The position numbers and the translations under genes are program-made. The notes beneath the pieces are model-generated. The model had not been told where the DNA came from, ran no database searches, and saw nothing but the letters and a program-made list of their open reading frames with translations. From contig CM119378.1 of NCBI GenBank assembly GCA_051294905.1, positions 2,110,001 to 2,174,000 of the forward strand: a DNA stretch of 64,000 nt, read 5' to 3'. This DNA is from Botryllus schlosseri. Its lineage: Eukaryota. Of the stretch, positions 12,171 through 25,784 are shown one piece after another (the first letter of the stretch is position 1; each line of letters starts with the position of its first letter).

Positions 12171-15100
12171 ACAGTTATGCAGGGCATACCCATGCCGCTC
12201 CGACTTGATTCGAAGTTTTTACTTATTGCAAAGTTGCCATTCGCAAAATCTCATCCACAGAGACATCAGTTGCATTCCTCAGCATGTCAGTGTTCGAATA
12301 TTTCTCTGCTACTTGACATTCACCGATCCAGGTCGTTACAAATGGTGCTGATTGCAATTGAGAATGGGCTATGCCAATGAATGGTATTTATGAGTTGAAT
12401 AAGCATATCTTGTAATTCATATAAGCGTTGATACTAGAGCTTTGTATGTGTTCAATACTTTGCGAACTTCAGGCAAACTATATGGTAACACACTGAGCTT
12501 ATAAAGCACATTAGTCATTTTCTGGTCTTTCAATGTCATCTGAGCCGCCTTCTTGTCATATAGAAACAAAAAGCATTGGTGTGTTACCACGATATTTGGA
12601 TACAATTAGATGGTATTCGCCGAATGTGGAGGTTGACATGAAGAGAGGACGATAACTTTTGATAGGAATTAGATCTGTCGCGACGCCCATTAGTCTTATA
12701 ATTCGCCTGTGAGAGTACTATAGGAGTGTTGCAGAGAATATCATATAATATCATGTTGTATCGTGAAGAAATCTACATTGAACCGACGAAGATATAGATG
12801 TCGACTATCACTTGAGAAATATATTTACCCGATTTTACTTGATTATTATTAGTTTATTTCAAATTTGGTGTGCAACGTTTTTCTAGGCAACCGCAGACGA
12901 TTTGACAACTAAGCCGATGAAATTTGAAAAAAAAAGTTTTTTTTTTGAACACCCCTAATGAGCATGCAAGATTATGAAAAACTAAATAGTTGCGCTTCCG
13001 TATGCCACCCTTTATCATGTGACTTGATAACTCAACCCTCACCTTTAAAGTCACCCTTATATATTCGAACCCCAAGCTTAATACTAACGTGGCCCTAAAT
13101 CTAACCCTAACGCGAAATTGAAATCGCATGCCCAAGTGTCGCATGCTCATTGCTCAAAAGACCACAGACCTATCAGACATGTTTATGGCGTTTATAACGT
13201 TTTCAATAAGTTACCGGGATAGCTGAAGAATGTGACGTAATTCGTCGGACCTCATTCTATTCCGAGATCAAGTCGCGCCCTTACCAGCCAAGAAAATGTT
13301 AGTAATGTCAGCACTTGCGCAACCTCATCGCTCCGAAAATCGAACCAACAAACAAGCGGTTACAGACAGGCACCCTCAATAGCTCGGTGACCCAATGACA
13401 CTACGCACAGACCTTATCGCTCTTGCAAAGATAATAAGCGCATTGTCAATTGCCGCAACGCGATTACTAATCCAGATGACACTCGCTGCGTTGTTCCTCA
13501 ACTGAGACACCGTCTCCTGTCACGATTCCGAAATTCCATAAGTTGATATGGTTCTATGAAATTCCGCGCTAGACAAACCAGCCTAATATTACCATATTTA
13601 CCTTTAATCAGATATAGAGATATTGCGACCCAAGCGCAGTTAGCGTTGCCTCTGTCTAATACTAAATATGTGGCTGAATATATGACCATCCGCGACAACC
13701 CTGCTGCCTGCTGTACTTCAATTAGGTTAGCCGAGGTTAAACGTACGTATGGTCGTCGCCTAGATCAAATGATTGGGCGGTTATATTGCATCCATCTAGG
13801 CTCGTCGAGTAGCTCGCTAACTCGATTGAGACCACTACCTCGTTTTCTATGCGTCCTATTACCCTAGTCTGCCACAGACAAGGTCAAATGCAAACACGAA
13901 CAACAGAATAGGACCACAATCTACTACCAAGAAAGTTCACGTCAACTTCAAGGTTAGTTACAATATAGCTTAACAACAGTAACTCTCCAGGCTGGCTCTA
14001 TACTTACAACCGAAATAAAAAAATACGATGTCCTGAATGATGGCCGAAACCTATACACCACAACATAAAACAAATAATGCCCTTTTGTCCATTACATCCC
14101 TTACCTAGCCTGACTCCAATCCTCGACCCAGTATACTTGCACTCTTGCGGCAATGCGATGCGACGCAACAGGACGGAACAGGCCAACACTCAACTTCAAA
14201 AGTGACGATAAAGTCACGAGGGTAAAATCTCCACAGAGGGCGCTATTGAGCGGTCAGGCTAAAGGCTCGACAGAATCACAGCGCCATATCTCCTGTTACA
14301 GTTAGGGCTGGACGAAATTGGTTTCGAATATGGACGGTTTTGTGGTTAGTCGAAACACGTATCTTTTATGCGACCACAGTTCTATATCACATTAATTTCA
14401 ACCAAATCGCAGATATGTCATTCCCACTAACGTGATTAGCTTCTTTCTACATGTTTTATATGCTGGGATACGACAAACGACCAATCGCCGTTTGCAGCCT
14501 GCGACAGTGGAATATAGTATCGAAACAATAATTCTCGCCGATGAAATGACTCTTGGGACTGGGAGCGTACAATTTCTGCACTCGAAACAATCATTTTTCA
14601 CTATTCTCGACTCAAATCACTCTAATTTAAACTCGATTCAGATTCGAGTATTCGAATCATTGAACTGAACCTTAGATTCAGATTAGTCTCTGGACAGAAC
14701 GGAAGAACTCTCGATGAGAGTCAAAGCGGGAGGACGCCAAATGCAATAATAACCTCTGCGAGGAATAAATTGGATCTATAGGATGATCATTATTATCGTC
14801 CACGCCTGACATTTTTTTCAATATGTCGCATGTTCTTTCGCCCCGAAAGAGCACAACATACACTCGTGCCAAGGCGAGTCATTTCACTTCTGTCGTCGAG
14901 AGAGAGAATCAATGTTTCATTCAACCGAAAGACAGCAAACAAGACCGACTCCAAGCCATAATAATACATGAGTTTGAGTCTGATTCCAAGCCACAGTATA
15001 TCCAGTCACGAATCGTATGCGGGTCACTTTTTATCGTCTTACTCTGGCAGTAGGCTATGGAAGGGTTTACGCTGACACGATTAGTCCTTTCTAGTTTGAT

Positions 15101-15419
15101 TTGGATGGATCAATATCAGTAATCCGGAAGTGACCGGTCATTATATATTTGCTAATTTTCAAAAGTCACAACTAGAACTAGAATTACTCACTTTTTAAAA
15201 CTTGCGTCTAGAACTAGAAGTAACGACCTTTAAAAATCCGCAATCAACTGAAACAGTAAACGCAACAAAGTTCAATTCCGAAGCAACACATTAAATTATA
15301 TTTAGCGGAATCTTTCCACGTGAATATCAGTACTACTGATTCAGTAGGCTACAAGTTTGAAACGCGAGGGGTTTCAACCCTGTTGGTAGTGATGAATCTG
15401 AGCTATCAACGATGAATGA

Positions 15420-15640
15420 GGGAATTGTGTAGTGGTGACGACAAGCGCCTGCTGCCCGGGCGACCTTGGTTCGATTCCGAGTGGGAGGTTATTCTGGGCT
15501 GCTCTTTCCTCGCGTCGCTGTTCTTATGGCGACAAAGAAGCCTAGAAAAAGAACGCATCACATACCGGTAGTGCTGAGTGTGGTGTGTTGCGAAAGGTAG
15601 GACCCCTGAATAGTAATTAAACATCTTCGGGTTGCCCCCT
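15420..15640 (+). mobile_element. tRNA-derived SINE
   Basis: A-box-like TGTGTAGTGG, B-box GGTTCGATTCC, core GGAGGTTATTCTGGGCTGCTCTTTCCTCG; 3' end approximate. Confidence 0.65.
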
Positions 15641-15847
15641 TGGTGTAATGACTTCATTACATGATGCTATTTCGTGATCTCCTATATCTGCTATGTCAAA
15701 ACATATGTAAATCGTCCAAACCTACTAAACTTGAAGACGTAGGCCTACATCGGTATTTCTTTACTGAATATTCCCTCGAGATGGCATTTGTCTTGTGGGG
15801 CCGCCAGGGCCGCCAGGACAGAAACATTTGGCGAGAGCCGTTTAGGC

Positions 15848-16207
15848 TAGGGTTACCATATTTTGGAAATCTGAAAAGAGGACACTTTTTTAGACTTTTC
15901 CCACTTTGTGGTCGGTTGACTAAAAAAAGGTCAACTTTCCCGCTCGGTACCCAAAATACAGTATTTTCCTACACATTGTCAGGTGGTTGACTAAAAAAAG
16001 GTCAACTTTCCACTCAGCTCCCGAAATATCCACCGGAGCGTCCCTTCGGTACTGATTACGACATCTCAGTCGAATTTTGCTTTTATGACCAAAATTCTCA
16101 AAAAATGGGACAAAATCTCAAAAAAGAGGACAAAAGGGCGTCCTCCGAGGACACTTTAAAGTCAAAAAAGGTCAAATCCTCTTAAAAGACGACGATTGGT
16201 AAGCCTA
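15848..16207. mobile_element. hAT-type MITE (TAGGGTTACC family)
   Basis: TAGGGTTACCA...TGGTAAGCCTA termini; inverted homolog at 26072-26626. Confidence 0.65.
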
Positions 16208-17169
16208 ATTTAGACGCATATGGATAATTAAACATATATGTATAATTGCATATATATCGTATTTTTCGGTCAGTACAGGGCATTATTTTCCGCCAAGGTC
16301 TTATCGCTGCTGATCATTCTGGTACACTTCTCGGAGACGCATGTTACATGGCCCATAACTTCATATGTCTTAGTGCGTCGCGGCGCTGTAATGGCTGACT
16401 CCGAAGCGCCCATTTCTATAAATCCCGAGCAATTTTTTTGGGGAAGGGTATCCAATAATCAATATATATGAAAAACAATAAATCGCGCGTAGTGCGAAAT
16501 TTCCAAAAATACTCTCTGATTTATATGTTAATTCACGAAATAATTTTGGGCCCCCTTCGAGCTCGCCCACCCCCAATTGGCGGGGTTTGGGGTGCGGCAG
16601 TTGCGGTCCTGGGCATGCCGTATCATAGGGATGGGAAAACTGCGGCTATACGTATTCAGAAGTCGGACCAACTATTAATATATAGGCAGGCCTACCCATC
16701 GCTGTAACTCGTTATATAGCCTATGCAGTATAGTTACATTTATCTAATGTTTCGCGTCGCCAGGTGTGAATTAAGATGGCACTTCAAAACAGTGCTTGTA
16801 TGTGTATCGTTGTCGTTCAGGTGTGTTCGTAGTCTAGTTCGAACTAATACGGGTTCCAAGTCTGTCACAGTCTAGCATACAGCTATCATAATTAAATATA
16901 GCGCCTCATCCCTTTGCTTTCCATAATGGGAAGGCATCAGGAAGTCTTTTGCTGTTGACATGTCACATAATTACCATGCGATTATCACAATTCAAAAAGG
17001 CTACCCTGGCGTTTTCGAGCATTGGAAGACACTGGGAAATCGAAAACTGTTGGCATCGCATGAGTCAAGTAGTATATGCAACGAGTGTGAGAGGAATACA
17101 ATTACCACTACAACAATTACTTCAAGGACATGCGTGTAACGAACGACTGATCACATCGTCACAATAGAT

Positions 17170-17502
17170 AATCGTTAGATTTGATTCTATTTGAACAAGA
17201 CACACACAATGTACAATGCGATGTAATGAACAGATATGAGGATGCCGAAGGACCAGTTGTGGTGGCAGTCTCTTGAACTGGCACCCACCTCGGCCTAGTG
17301 CCCGATGTCCCAGTTATTTCTCCGATGTTTGTCTCTATTCCGCGGTTCGTTATTGCCCTTTCCATTCTTTGTGAGTGTGCTCTTTCATCGGGTCTCGGTC
17401 TCGGGCCGTAAGAACGCGGGGGAAGAGGGGCCCACAATAACCTCTGTTGCGGAATCGAACCCGGGCGGCAGGAGCGTATATCGTCACCACTACGCTATCT
17501 CT
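17170..17502 (-). mobile_element. tRNA-derived SINE
   Basis: Minus strand GAGATAGCGTAGTGG...GGGTTCGATTCC; body homologous to 42875-43230. Confidence 0.75.
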
Positions 17503-18240
17503 CTGCAAAACCTTCAATGATTATTATTGCGATTTTGTCCATGACGTTCATTAGATGGTAAGTTCAGTACAAAATTACTCATTTTGCTTATTTATCGCCC
17601 ATAATTTGGGTCAAGGTCATCACTTTGACTCGGCTCCCGAATTACCTGCTTATCTACGTATGCTAGTAACACTATAGGGCAAGTTTTTGTTGTAGTCAAA
17701 TCCGTGGAAAGTTGCATGTATTTTTCACGAAAGTTGCATTTATTTTTCACGAAGTTGCACTAAAATGTTGCATTTATGGATAACTTCCTTGAAATTAGGT
17801 TATGAGATACTTGAATCGATCCGTATCCAAGGCACTATCGCAAAACTCAGTATTGGCGACTTCAACAAAATCAACAGCCTGAAAAAATTGACCCAGTGAA
17901 AATACAATTTCGGTGGTCTAGCCTGAATGTACGTCAAATCAGAAAGGACATCAAATTTAAACGACAGTGAAATAATCAAGCAATCTATCTACATATAAAG
18001 CCAAATATGTCCAGTAAAAAGTTGGTTGCATGAAAAATCAATCATTTGCATGGAAATTCGAAAAAAGTTTCATGAAAAATCGAAAAAGTTACAAAAAATT
18101 GCAACATAAGAATCCTCCAAACAGCTTAAAACACCACATTACATAACTTCTGAGTATTTAGGAAGCTGCCGGAAGCTGTAAAAAAGTTGTAAAAACTTGC
18201 CCTAGAAATCACTGTATTCAATATATACAGAAGATTGGAA

Positions 18241-18900
18241 ACGAGTGGTGCAGCTCGTTACGCGCCAGCATCATGACACCAGTGGCAGTGGTTCGAATCC
18301 CTGTTCGGACCAACTTCTCTGTGCCGGAGGTTTCCGCTCGTCATCGCTAACCTCGCTGCAATTGCAGTGTATGAAAAAAAAAACTAGAGTGAAGGTGAGC
18401 CGAGCCAAAAGTCGGCTGCAAAAGACTCAAGATACGGACGCACGAAAAACGAAACTGACCGATGGTGCAGAGATGAGCATGGATTTGGATTAGGGTTAGG
18501 ATTTGAAAAATATGGGATTTGTGAGATTTTGTCGGATTTGGATTGGACTATGATTACCGAACACAAACTTTATTCAGATCAATTATTATTGTACACTACA
18601 CTGTGGTACACTTGGTGCCAATGCACAAGGGAGGTGCTGCCCTATGCTAAGTTATCTTGTAAAAGAAAAAATTCCAATTCCTCCCTTGCATAAATTAGCA
18701 TTTTTTCTGAATTTCAAGTTAGAATCGGATTAGGATTGGATACGCATTTGAATATACAAAAGTTATGGATTAGGATTTAGATTAGGACATAGAAATTCCA
18801 AATCCGCTTATCTCTGCGATGGTGGGAGAGCCCGAGCATGGAAGTCGTCCGAAATATGACAAAAAGGTGGCCGCAAAGGACACTCATGCTAATGAAATTA
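18241..18900 (+). mobile_element. tRNA-derived SINE interrupted by a MITE
   Basis: GTGGTGCAGCTCGTT...GGTTCGAATCC head, core GGAGGTTTCCGCTCGTCATCGC; duplicated at ~33003-33700. Confidence 0.65.
18468..18816. mobile_element. hAT-type MITE with GGATT-rich subterminal repeats
   Basis: CAGAGATGAGC...GCTTATCTCTG; perfect 8-bp TSD CGATGGTG; duplicated at 33233-33640. Confidence 0.85.
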
Positions 18901-19981
18901 CAGTGCTGGCCGCAAATGGGCAAAGGTAATTGACCTTATAGACGGTAAGCGCCAATGTTGTGAATAAAACAATATACAGCATATTGTCTTCAACACGGGC
19001 TAGTAGTATTTGATCCAGCAACTAGAGCAGTGGTTTTCAACCTTTTGGCATCAAAAAATGTTGCGGACCGATGAACCTTAAAAGTCAGAATTTAGGTCTA
19101 CTATAAATTCTATTACGACAAATGTATGCAACTCAAATGTGTTATTGGAAACTTCATTCAATGTTGGCTTCAGTTTATTAAGAATTTTCATCGTTTCAAA
19201 ACACCACAAGACTGCGATACAGTGAAAAGACAGGAAGGTCCCGAAACGACTTGGAGTAGTCTTCGAAATCAGACACCCCCCAGGCCTACAGGCGATGTAA
19301 AGAGAAGGCAAGCACACTGAATGAAAATTAAAAGAAGATAATACCAAAAGACAGGCGACAAAAGGAGGTGGCATGTCACGGAAGGCGAAATCTATACGTC
19401 AGATCGTGGTCCGGTGAACTTGAGGGATAACTAGGATTTTGATATTAGATATGTATGCGTGATTCTGTTGACATTTCTGCAAGGCGCAGCTCGCGAAGTC
19501 CTGTTAAAGACCACTAACTTGATTGTGCATTTTGTTCGGTATCCTTTGAAAGAAATGCGACATTGCTGTTTGCGATATAGTGGCTCGTATATTACACGGC
19601 CAAATATATGGCTTAATTGCACCGAATGTATTTATGTATGTATTTATGTATTTATTCTTCACAGAAGTTGCACTAAAAAGTTGCATTTATCGACAAGTTC
19701 CTTGAAATTACTTGGGTATGAGATACTCCAATCGATCGGTATCCAAGGCACTGTAGCAAAACTCGGTGTTGGCGACTTCAACAAAACAATATAGCAGCGT
19801 CAAAAAATTCACCCAGTGAAAATATAATTTTCGGCGGTATAGCCTGAATGAAGCGATCTATTTACATATAGTGCCAAATATTTCCAGTAAAACGTTGGTT
19901 GCATGAAAAATAAAAAATAAGTTGAAAAGGTTGCAGTTAGTTGCAGAGAACATTTGGAAAAGCTGCAAAACGTTGCAATAT

Positions 19982-19982
19982 A

Positions 19983-20013
<31 letters not shown>

Positions 20014-20270
20014 CTTTATTCGTATACATTACATATCAACATAACACTACACAAATGTAACAGTGAAATGTGACATGCAAGGTAGACGGGAGGCTCGATA
20101 TGACATAGTCTTCAGAGCCGAGCCACCCGGGACAGGAGCAATTTTCACAGTCGATAACTAATGAATAAAAAATGAAATTAAAATAAACTAACGAACGAAA
20201 GGAAAAATAAGACACAGTATCATTGACCAATTTGAAATACAATGCAGATACAATTCAGTGGTAGTTAGAG
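19982..20270 (-). mobile_element. Retroposon (LINE-type) 3' end with (CT)n tail, present only in duplication copy A
   Basis: (GA)n run then TCTTTATT; the site at ~34760 in copy B lacks it. Confidence 0.65.
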
Positions 20271-20399
20271 ATAAGATTCCTACAAACAGCTTAAAACTCC
20301 ATACTAAATAACTTCTGAGTATTTATGAAGCTGCCGGAAGCTGTAAAAAAGTTGCTAAAGTTGCGAAAACGTACCCTACTGATCACTGTCCGCCACGAA

Positions 20400-20437
20400 C
20401 TATAGATTACTAACCTACGGAGGTTAGTAATCTATAG
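20400..20437. repeat. Perfect 17-bp-stem hairpin micro-insertion
   Basis: CTATAGATTACTAACCT-ACGG-AGGTTAGTAATCTATAG flanked by duplicated ACGAACTA(TA); empty site at ~34880. Confidence 0.8.
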
Positions 20438-20835
20438 ACGAACTATATGTTACGACACCATACGGAAAACTACGTTCCCACGCTATAAAACTAAATGTAC
20501 AAGTGTGCAGCTACAGAATGAGAATGAAGAAAATCGACCTAGTGTAAAGTACCAAAATCGACAAACACCATGAATACCACACACAACTATTTAAAATTTG
20601 ATATTTTATTTCTCGAAGGGTCAAGCGTCCAAATTCTTTCATTTTGGAATTCTCATATTTTTGACAGATCGCCAGGAAACTTGCCAAACGGACCGGCGGT
20701 TGAGAACCACCATTTGACAGACAATGCAAGGCACACGAGGAACTAATGATTGTCTGATTGACGGTACTTTCAAGTCTTATATAAATGTGAGTCAAACGAT
20801 ATATGGACGTTGACCGATAGAAATCGGTTTGCTTC

Positions 20836-23094
20836 CTAACAGCGACGACAAAAGACCAAGAGTACTTGAATAAAATACTGGAAACTTGCTAGAATGCAAA
20901 ACTGGTTAATCAAGACAACAATATTTTTAATCCCCCGATTACAGACGACAACGATCGTCCCCAATCCGCCCACCGCAGTAGCTAGTGGCGACATAAAGTC
21001 AGTTACCATGACTACGATTGAACTTAAGGCCTCTGCACACTGAGCTCGCGACCCGATAAAACGAGAGAATCGCGCCTGTCTGCGACTGGACCATGCAGAC
21101 CGGAGTCGCCGGCAACTCGCGACATGCCGTCTGCGACAGGGTTGCGCAACTCCGCGACAAAGTTGAAAATTTTCAACTTTGTCGCGAGTTGCGAGCGACT
21201 GGTCAGCAGTTACTGATCGTTAGCTCTATGTCACCGCAATAGTTTGTCCGGGTATTGCGTGTTTTGGCATCTATAATTGTTTCCTCATTGAATTTAGACT
21301 GATTTGAGGCCATTTTAAAACTTGAAGCTTAACTGCAAGAGCGCATTCTACTGTAAGCAGGACCGGTACTTGGTAATTACCAAAGGCCAACCAGCTCCGG
21401 CAGTACCGATACCGCGAAACTCTCAGTCATTGTAGGCCCTATGTCTCCAAGGTGGATTTATTATATATATACCTTGTCTGATTCATTTTAACCTGTACAG
21501 TGTACATTGATTGGGAACTGGGTTAAGCAGGTACATATAATCGTGGTATGTCATGGGTTCACTGATGTATATTTCAGATACCGGTACATCTCAGTACACG
21601 ACGTCTGAAAATCTTTTTGTTGACTAGGTAGCAGCGGTGTAACTCTTGATGTTAGATTTCGTCTATTATCCTCTTTATCAGACTTCGGTACGAATTGTAG
21701 TGCCTAATATTATAAGTCAGAAATGGACTATGCATCATTATGGAGAATGAATCAACCAGGCCTACGGATCAGTTTCCATGCTTGATACCTGAGGGCGAAT
21801 CGAAGATTGAAAAGGAAAGAATCCCAGAGTTATATTTGAATATTGTTAAGACTTAATTCATTTACAAGAAAATTATAATGCATTTGAAGGTTGTTCTCTA
21901 TCATATCGAGAAATTAATGTATGAGTGCTTGACAGTTGATGCAGTCACTGAGGCAGTGGAGTACAGAAAGGGTTGGTGTCTGTAGCATAATAGGCTACAG
22001 CTAGAACTGCCAGACATTTGGATCGGCAACCGGAAATAGCGCCTTTAACTGGGTCACCCAGATTATGCGTTTTCAGCATTGAAATATGATATTGGTTCGT
22101 TAATGGAAAAGTGTGTGCATATAAGACGTCATCTTATTCATTGACAAACCCATGTATACCCATCGAAATATTCATTTTGCGATCTATCGGGAGCTGTGCA
22201 ATGTGTATCCATTGCGAGACTTCGGACAGAACGCGCAAGAGCTGTAGTTGCCGCTTGTGGGCAGTGCCGGGACCAGTGTGCATTGCTTCGAGACTTACGA
22301 CTCGCAACTCGCAACGCGCAACTCGCGATGTTGCGTCGCGAGGTCAGTGTGCAGAGGCCTTTAGCAACGCACGTCGTATTGTTTCCGATATCTTATCCCG
22401 TTCTGGTTTTGTTGCGTTGTCGCTCATATTCCTCGATCTCTCCTTGACTTTGATCATGGGATAGATGAATAATCCTACTAGCGCAAGCTGGTTTAATGCC
22501 AGCGCCCTAGTGATTATAAAAAATGAATATCCGGAGAGTGGGGCTTGATCATTATTCAAAATGTACGCGCATCCTACTTCCCCATACTCTACTCATATAG
22601 CGGTGGCTGGACGTAAATTATCGTGAGGGTCACCGAACATACGATCAATGAAAACAAAACTGCGAATCTGACATAGTGCACTGTCTTCGGTAAAAGCGAT
22701 TTGACGACAACGTTCGATGTGATAGAGTTCTGTCTTACCCACAAAAACATATAATTTGCGGACATTGCTACTCCGGAACCTACGGTGCTGATGTCGGAGA
22801 GCACTTCACAATTACCGGCCGTTCCGATGTACGGTATCATCAAGTCTATGGTTAGTCTTGGGAGACTCACAAATATCGAAAGCAACCGAGATATAAGATA
22901 TTATCGTCCATCCGAAGAGTCCACTTATTAAATCTTCTGCCATATTCCACTATGCTCGCGAGTACCCATATCGTGGTCAACGTTACTAAGATGTTTAAAG
23001 CAGTTCCCAGTTGCACAGCCGATTCTCCATATGATGCAGCGGTCGCAGAGCCGTTTTGGTTTGTTGAGGAGTTCAAAAACGTTTTGTTATCCAT
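20836..23094 (-). pseudogene. Pseudogene copy of the orphan 7TM gene at 35267-36187
   Basis: Near-identical to the intact paralog, but with a 4-bp deletion at ~22880, a 5-bp TACTC duplication at ~22590 and a 1.33-kb transposon insertion. Confidence 0.93.
21027..22360. mobile_element. Non-autonomous PIF/Harbinger-type DNA transposon
   Basis: 26-bp TIR AGGCCTCTGCACACTGA(G/C)CTCGCGAC; 3-bp TSD TTA (21024-21026, 22361-22363); empty site GAACTTAGCAACG at ~35451. Confidence 0.92.
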
Positions 23095-23408
23095 TCCTAT
23101 CGTAATCTTGTCCGTCAGTCTCAAGTCTACATTTCAAGTATAATATTCTGACGATTCTATACTATTAGCCTATCTCTCGTGTACAGGAAGTTCCTGGTGC
23201 AACATTCTTGCCCTAGATTGCCCTTTGTGGCAGTTATAGTAGTGATCCCTCGTATTGTCACTTGCCTTTCAGTGCCTGGCTGCCTAGGCGCACCGAGTGT
23301 TGGGCGCTCAGCAGCAGGAATGCGTTTATAAAGTCCTTGGAACATATGCTGCGTCGTGAACGATCAGCTACCTAAAGAAGAGGTAACGATCATTTTGTTA
23401 CTGTATTC

Positions 23409-25784
23409 CAGTGGCGGCTCGTCCTATAGGGCAACTGGGGCATTGCCCCACCTAAAATTCTGTTCAATAACAATTTAACCATTTATAGACGCACAGCAAT
23501 CAATATATACCGAGATCACAGCGAAACCCGCGTTCTTCCTGTGCTTTCGCTTGCAAACGCCCATACATAGCGAAGTCTCTGCGAAAATCGAATTCTCTTC
23601 TGTGTTTTCGCTTTGTGAATGCCTAGCCGGGGCTTGCCCCGGTAGCGCTCATAACAAGCTTTCACTATCTATTCTCTCAAAGCCGCGCACAATAAAGAAA
23701 CGGTGATTTACTCTCTCCTATTCGTAAAATGGCCGAGCAACCGGGGCAAATATGCCTACTCGCCCCTAAGGTGTGATGTAACAATCGTATCTATATCTGA
23801 ACTCGGTTACCGTCATATGCGTTGAGTCGACCTTTGCTGGTATAGGTCGATTTTGACGGTGTTTCGCACCATGATAATTCTTGAAACTTGGTATGATATG
23901 TCGTGAAGGTAGTATTTAACACTGCTCCAAGTTTTAGGCTTGCTACTTAAAGATAATGGTAGTAATTCCGTTTCCGAAGTTCAGTGTGTGCTGATCTATC
24001 ATGTACATAGTACAGCAAACGGATTTTACTCAAAAGCCGGTATTGGTCTCCATTGATTTTGACGATGTTCTATACCGAGATCGGTCATGACATTTGGCAC
24101 GGTAAGTGTTAGTGTCGACCGATGTAACAAGTTTTAAGTTTGTCACTGAACTATGTGGGTGGTAATTTCGTTTCCAAAGTCGAGTAAGAGCTGACTCTTC
24201 ATTTATCGCCAACAAATTTACGCAAAAGCCGTTATTGGTCTCTATTGATTTTAACGATGTTCCATACCTAGATCTGTCATGAGCTTTCACACGGTATGTC
24301 TTGATTTTAGTATCGAACGCGGTGCCAAGTCTTAAAGTTGACACTCAATGATTGAGGCAGTTATTTCGTTTTCGAGGTCGAGTATGGTAGAGATGCGCGC
24401 TGATCTGATACTTAGCCTACCTACGTCATTGCGGATCTCACGCAAAAGCCGGTGTCGGTCTGTGCTAATCTATAGTCTGCGTTCCATAACGAGATCGGTG
24501 ATGATATTTCCAATGGTATATCTCGATGATCGCATGAAACAGCTAACCAAGATTCTCGGTTTGCATTCAAGTATTCGCATAATTTTATGTTCGCCAATGT
24601 CCATTTCACTGTGAAATTGTGGCCTTCAAACCATTTGCTTACAATCCCCTGTCAATTGCGATAGCTATTTCATTTTCGATGTCGGCTAACAGCTGATCAT
24701 TCGATCAGCCTATTCCTCGATCTATTTTACTCAAAGTTCGGTGTTCGTCTGTTTGCATTGATTTTGACAGTGTACCATACCGGAATGGGTTATGAGATTA
24801 CGTATGCTACTTCTCGATGATTTCTTGTAACAGTATACTAAGTTACGGCTTTTATTCATGTATTTATATATTAATATATTTTCCAACGGCGATTTCGCAG
24901 CAGACTTATAGACAGTGAGCCGTATGTGTTGTGTCACAGTCTCCAGTTTCAAGGCCAAAATGTCCTACGTTGTTCCGAGACCGAAGTTCCGAGGCTGCTG
25001 TCCTTAGTTCTTCAAACTTCAAAGACCATTCAAATTGATGTTCTGGATTCAATATGACAGGCCCAATCTATGAGATAACAATTGCGTATGTGTCCGAACT
25101 CGTTGACCTTTCCAGTTAGGCTTACGTTATCTCTCGAGTTCTAGTCATTGGAATTAGTCAGGTCAAGTCAAGTGCGAACATGAATCGTATTGAATCTTAA
25201 TTCCGTACGTAGTTTACGCAGTTGCCTTTAGAGCGAAAATGAGAGGTCTAGAAGTTGTCCAGTCTATTGATCCAATCGTACGCCGGGTGCCTCCGCTTTG
25301 GTTGCCTATTATCACCTGGTCGTAACCAGAGATGGCCACAGTCCGGTTCAGGAGCAGGAGCAGGATTTCAACGTTTTTTTACCTGGCCGGACTGGATCCG
25401 GATTTCGAATTTGGGGTGACGGTCGGATTTTAGGGTCTATCGATTTGCGTAATCTATAACTCTACCATGAAATCAAAACGCATGCTACTAAGGATGACCT
25501 GATACTTGATTCGTGGCATAGGGACGATTCTTAGTTCACGTACATTTTGTAAAATAATCCTTTGATTAAAAATAAATGAATAAAACATTTGTTACCACAC
25601 TTCAAGTCACGGCTCACCGGCAAACCTCTCGCGGCACCTACGTTAAAATCACTGTTGTCGGGAAATTCATGTGACCATCATAAAGTTACTTTTTTACGTT
25701 GGAAAACGCCATTGTGACGTCATGTTGATAAAAGTCGCTCGCAGCCCTTGCCCCACCACCCGATATTGTCACGAGCCGCCACTG
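23409..25784. mobile_element. Non-autonomous hAT-like transposon, copy 2 (inverted relative to 685-3058)
   Basis: Same TIRs; reverse-complement homology throughout; flanks CTGTATTC and GTTTATTT do not match. Confidence 0.92.

Larger units (their letters stand above)
16744..23408 (+). repeat. Segmental duplication, copy A (paralog 31032-36501)
   Basis: Collinear high similarity from CTAATGTT.CGCGTCGCCAGGTG to CATTTTGTTACTGTATTC, including SINEs, MITEs and a 7TM gene. Confidence 0.95.

Noticed and set aside
14230..14246. CTCF-like motif CCACAGAGGGCGCTA
   Set aside because: Only a partial match and a single occurrence; expected by chance
15420..15490. Possible tRNA genes (also 17440-17502, 18246-18305, 42877-42940)
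   Set aside because: A/B boxes are present but I could not fold a proper cloverleaf, and each runs into a shared SINE body
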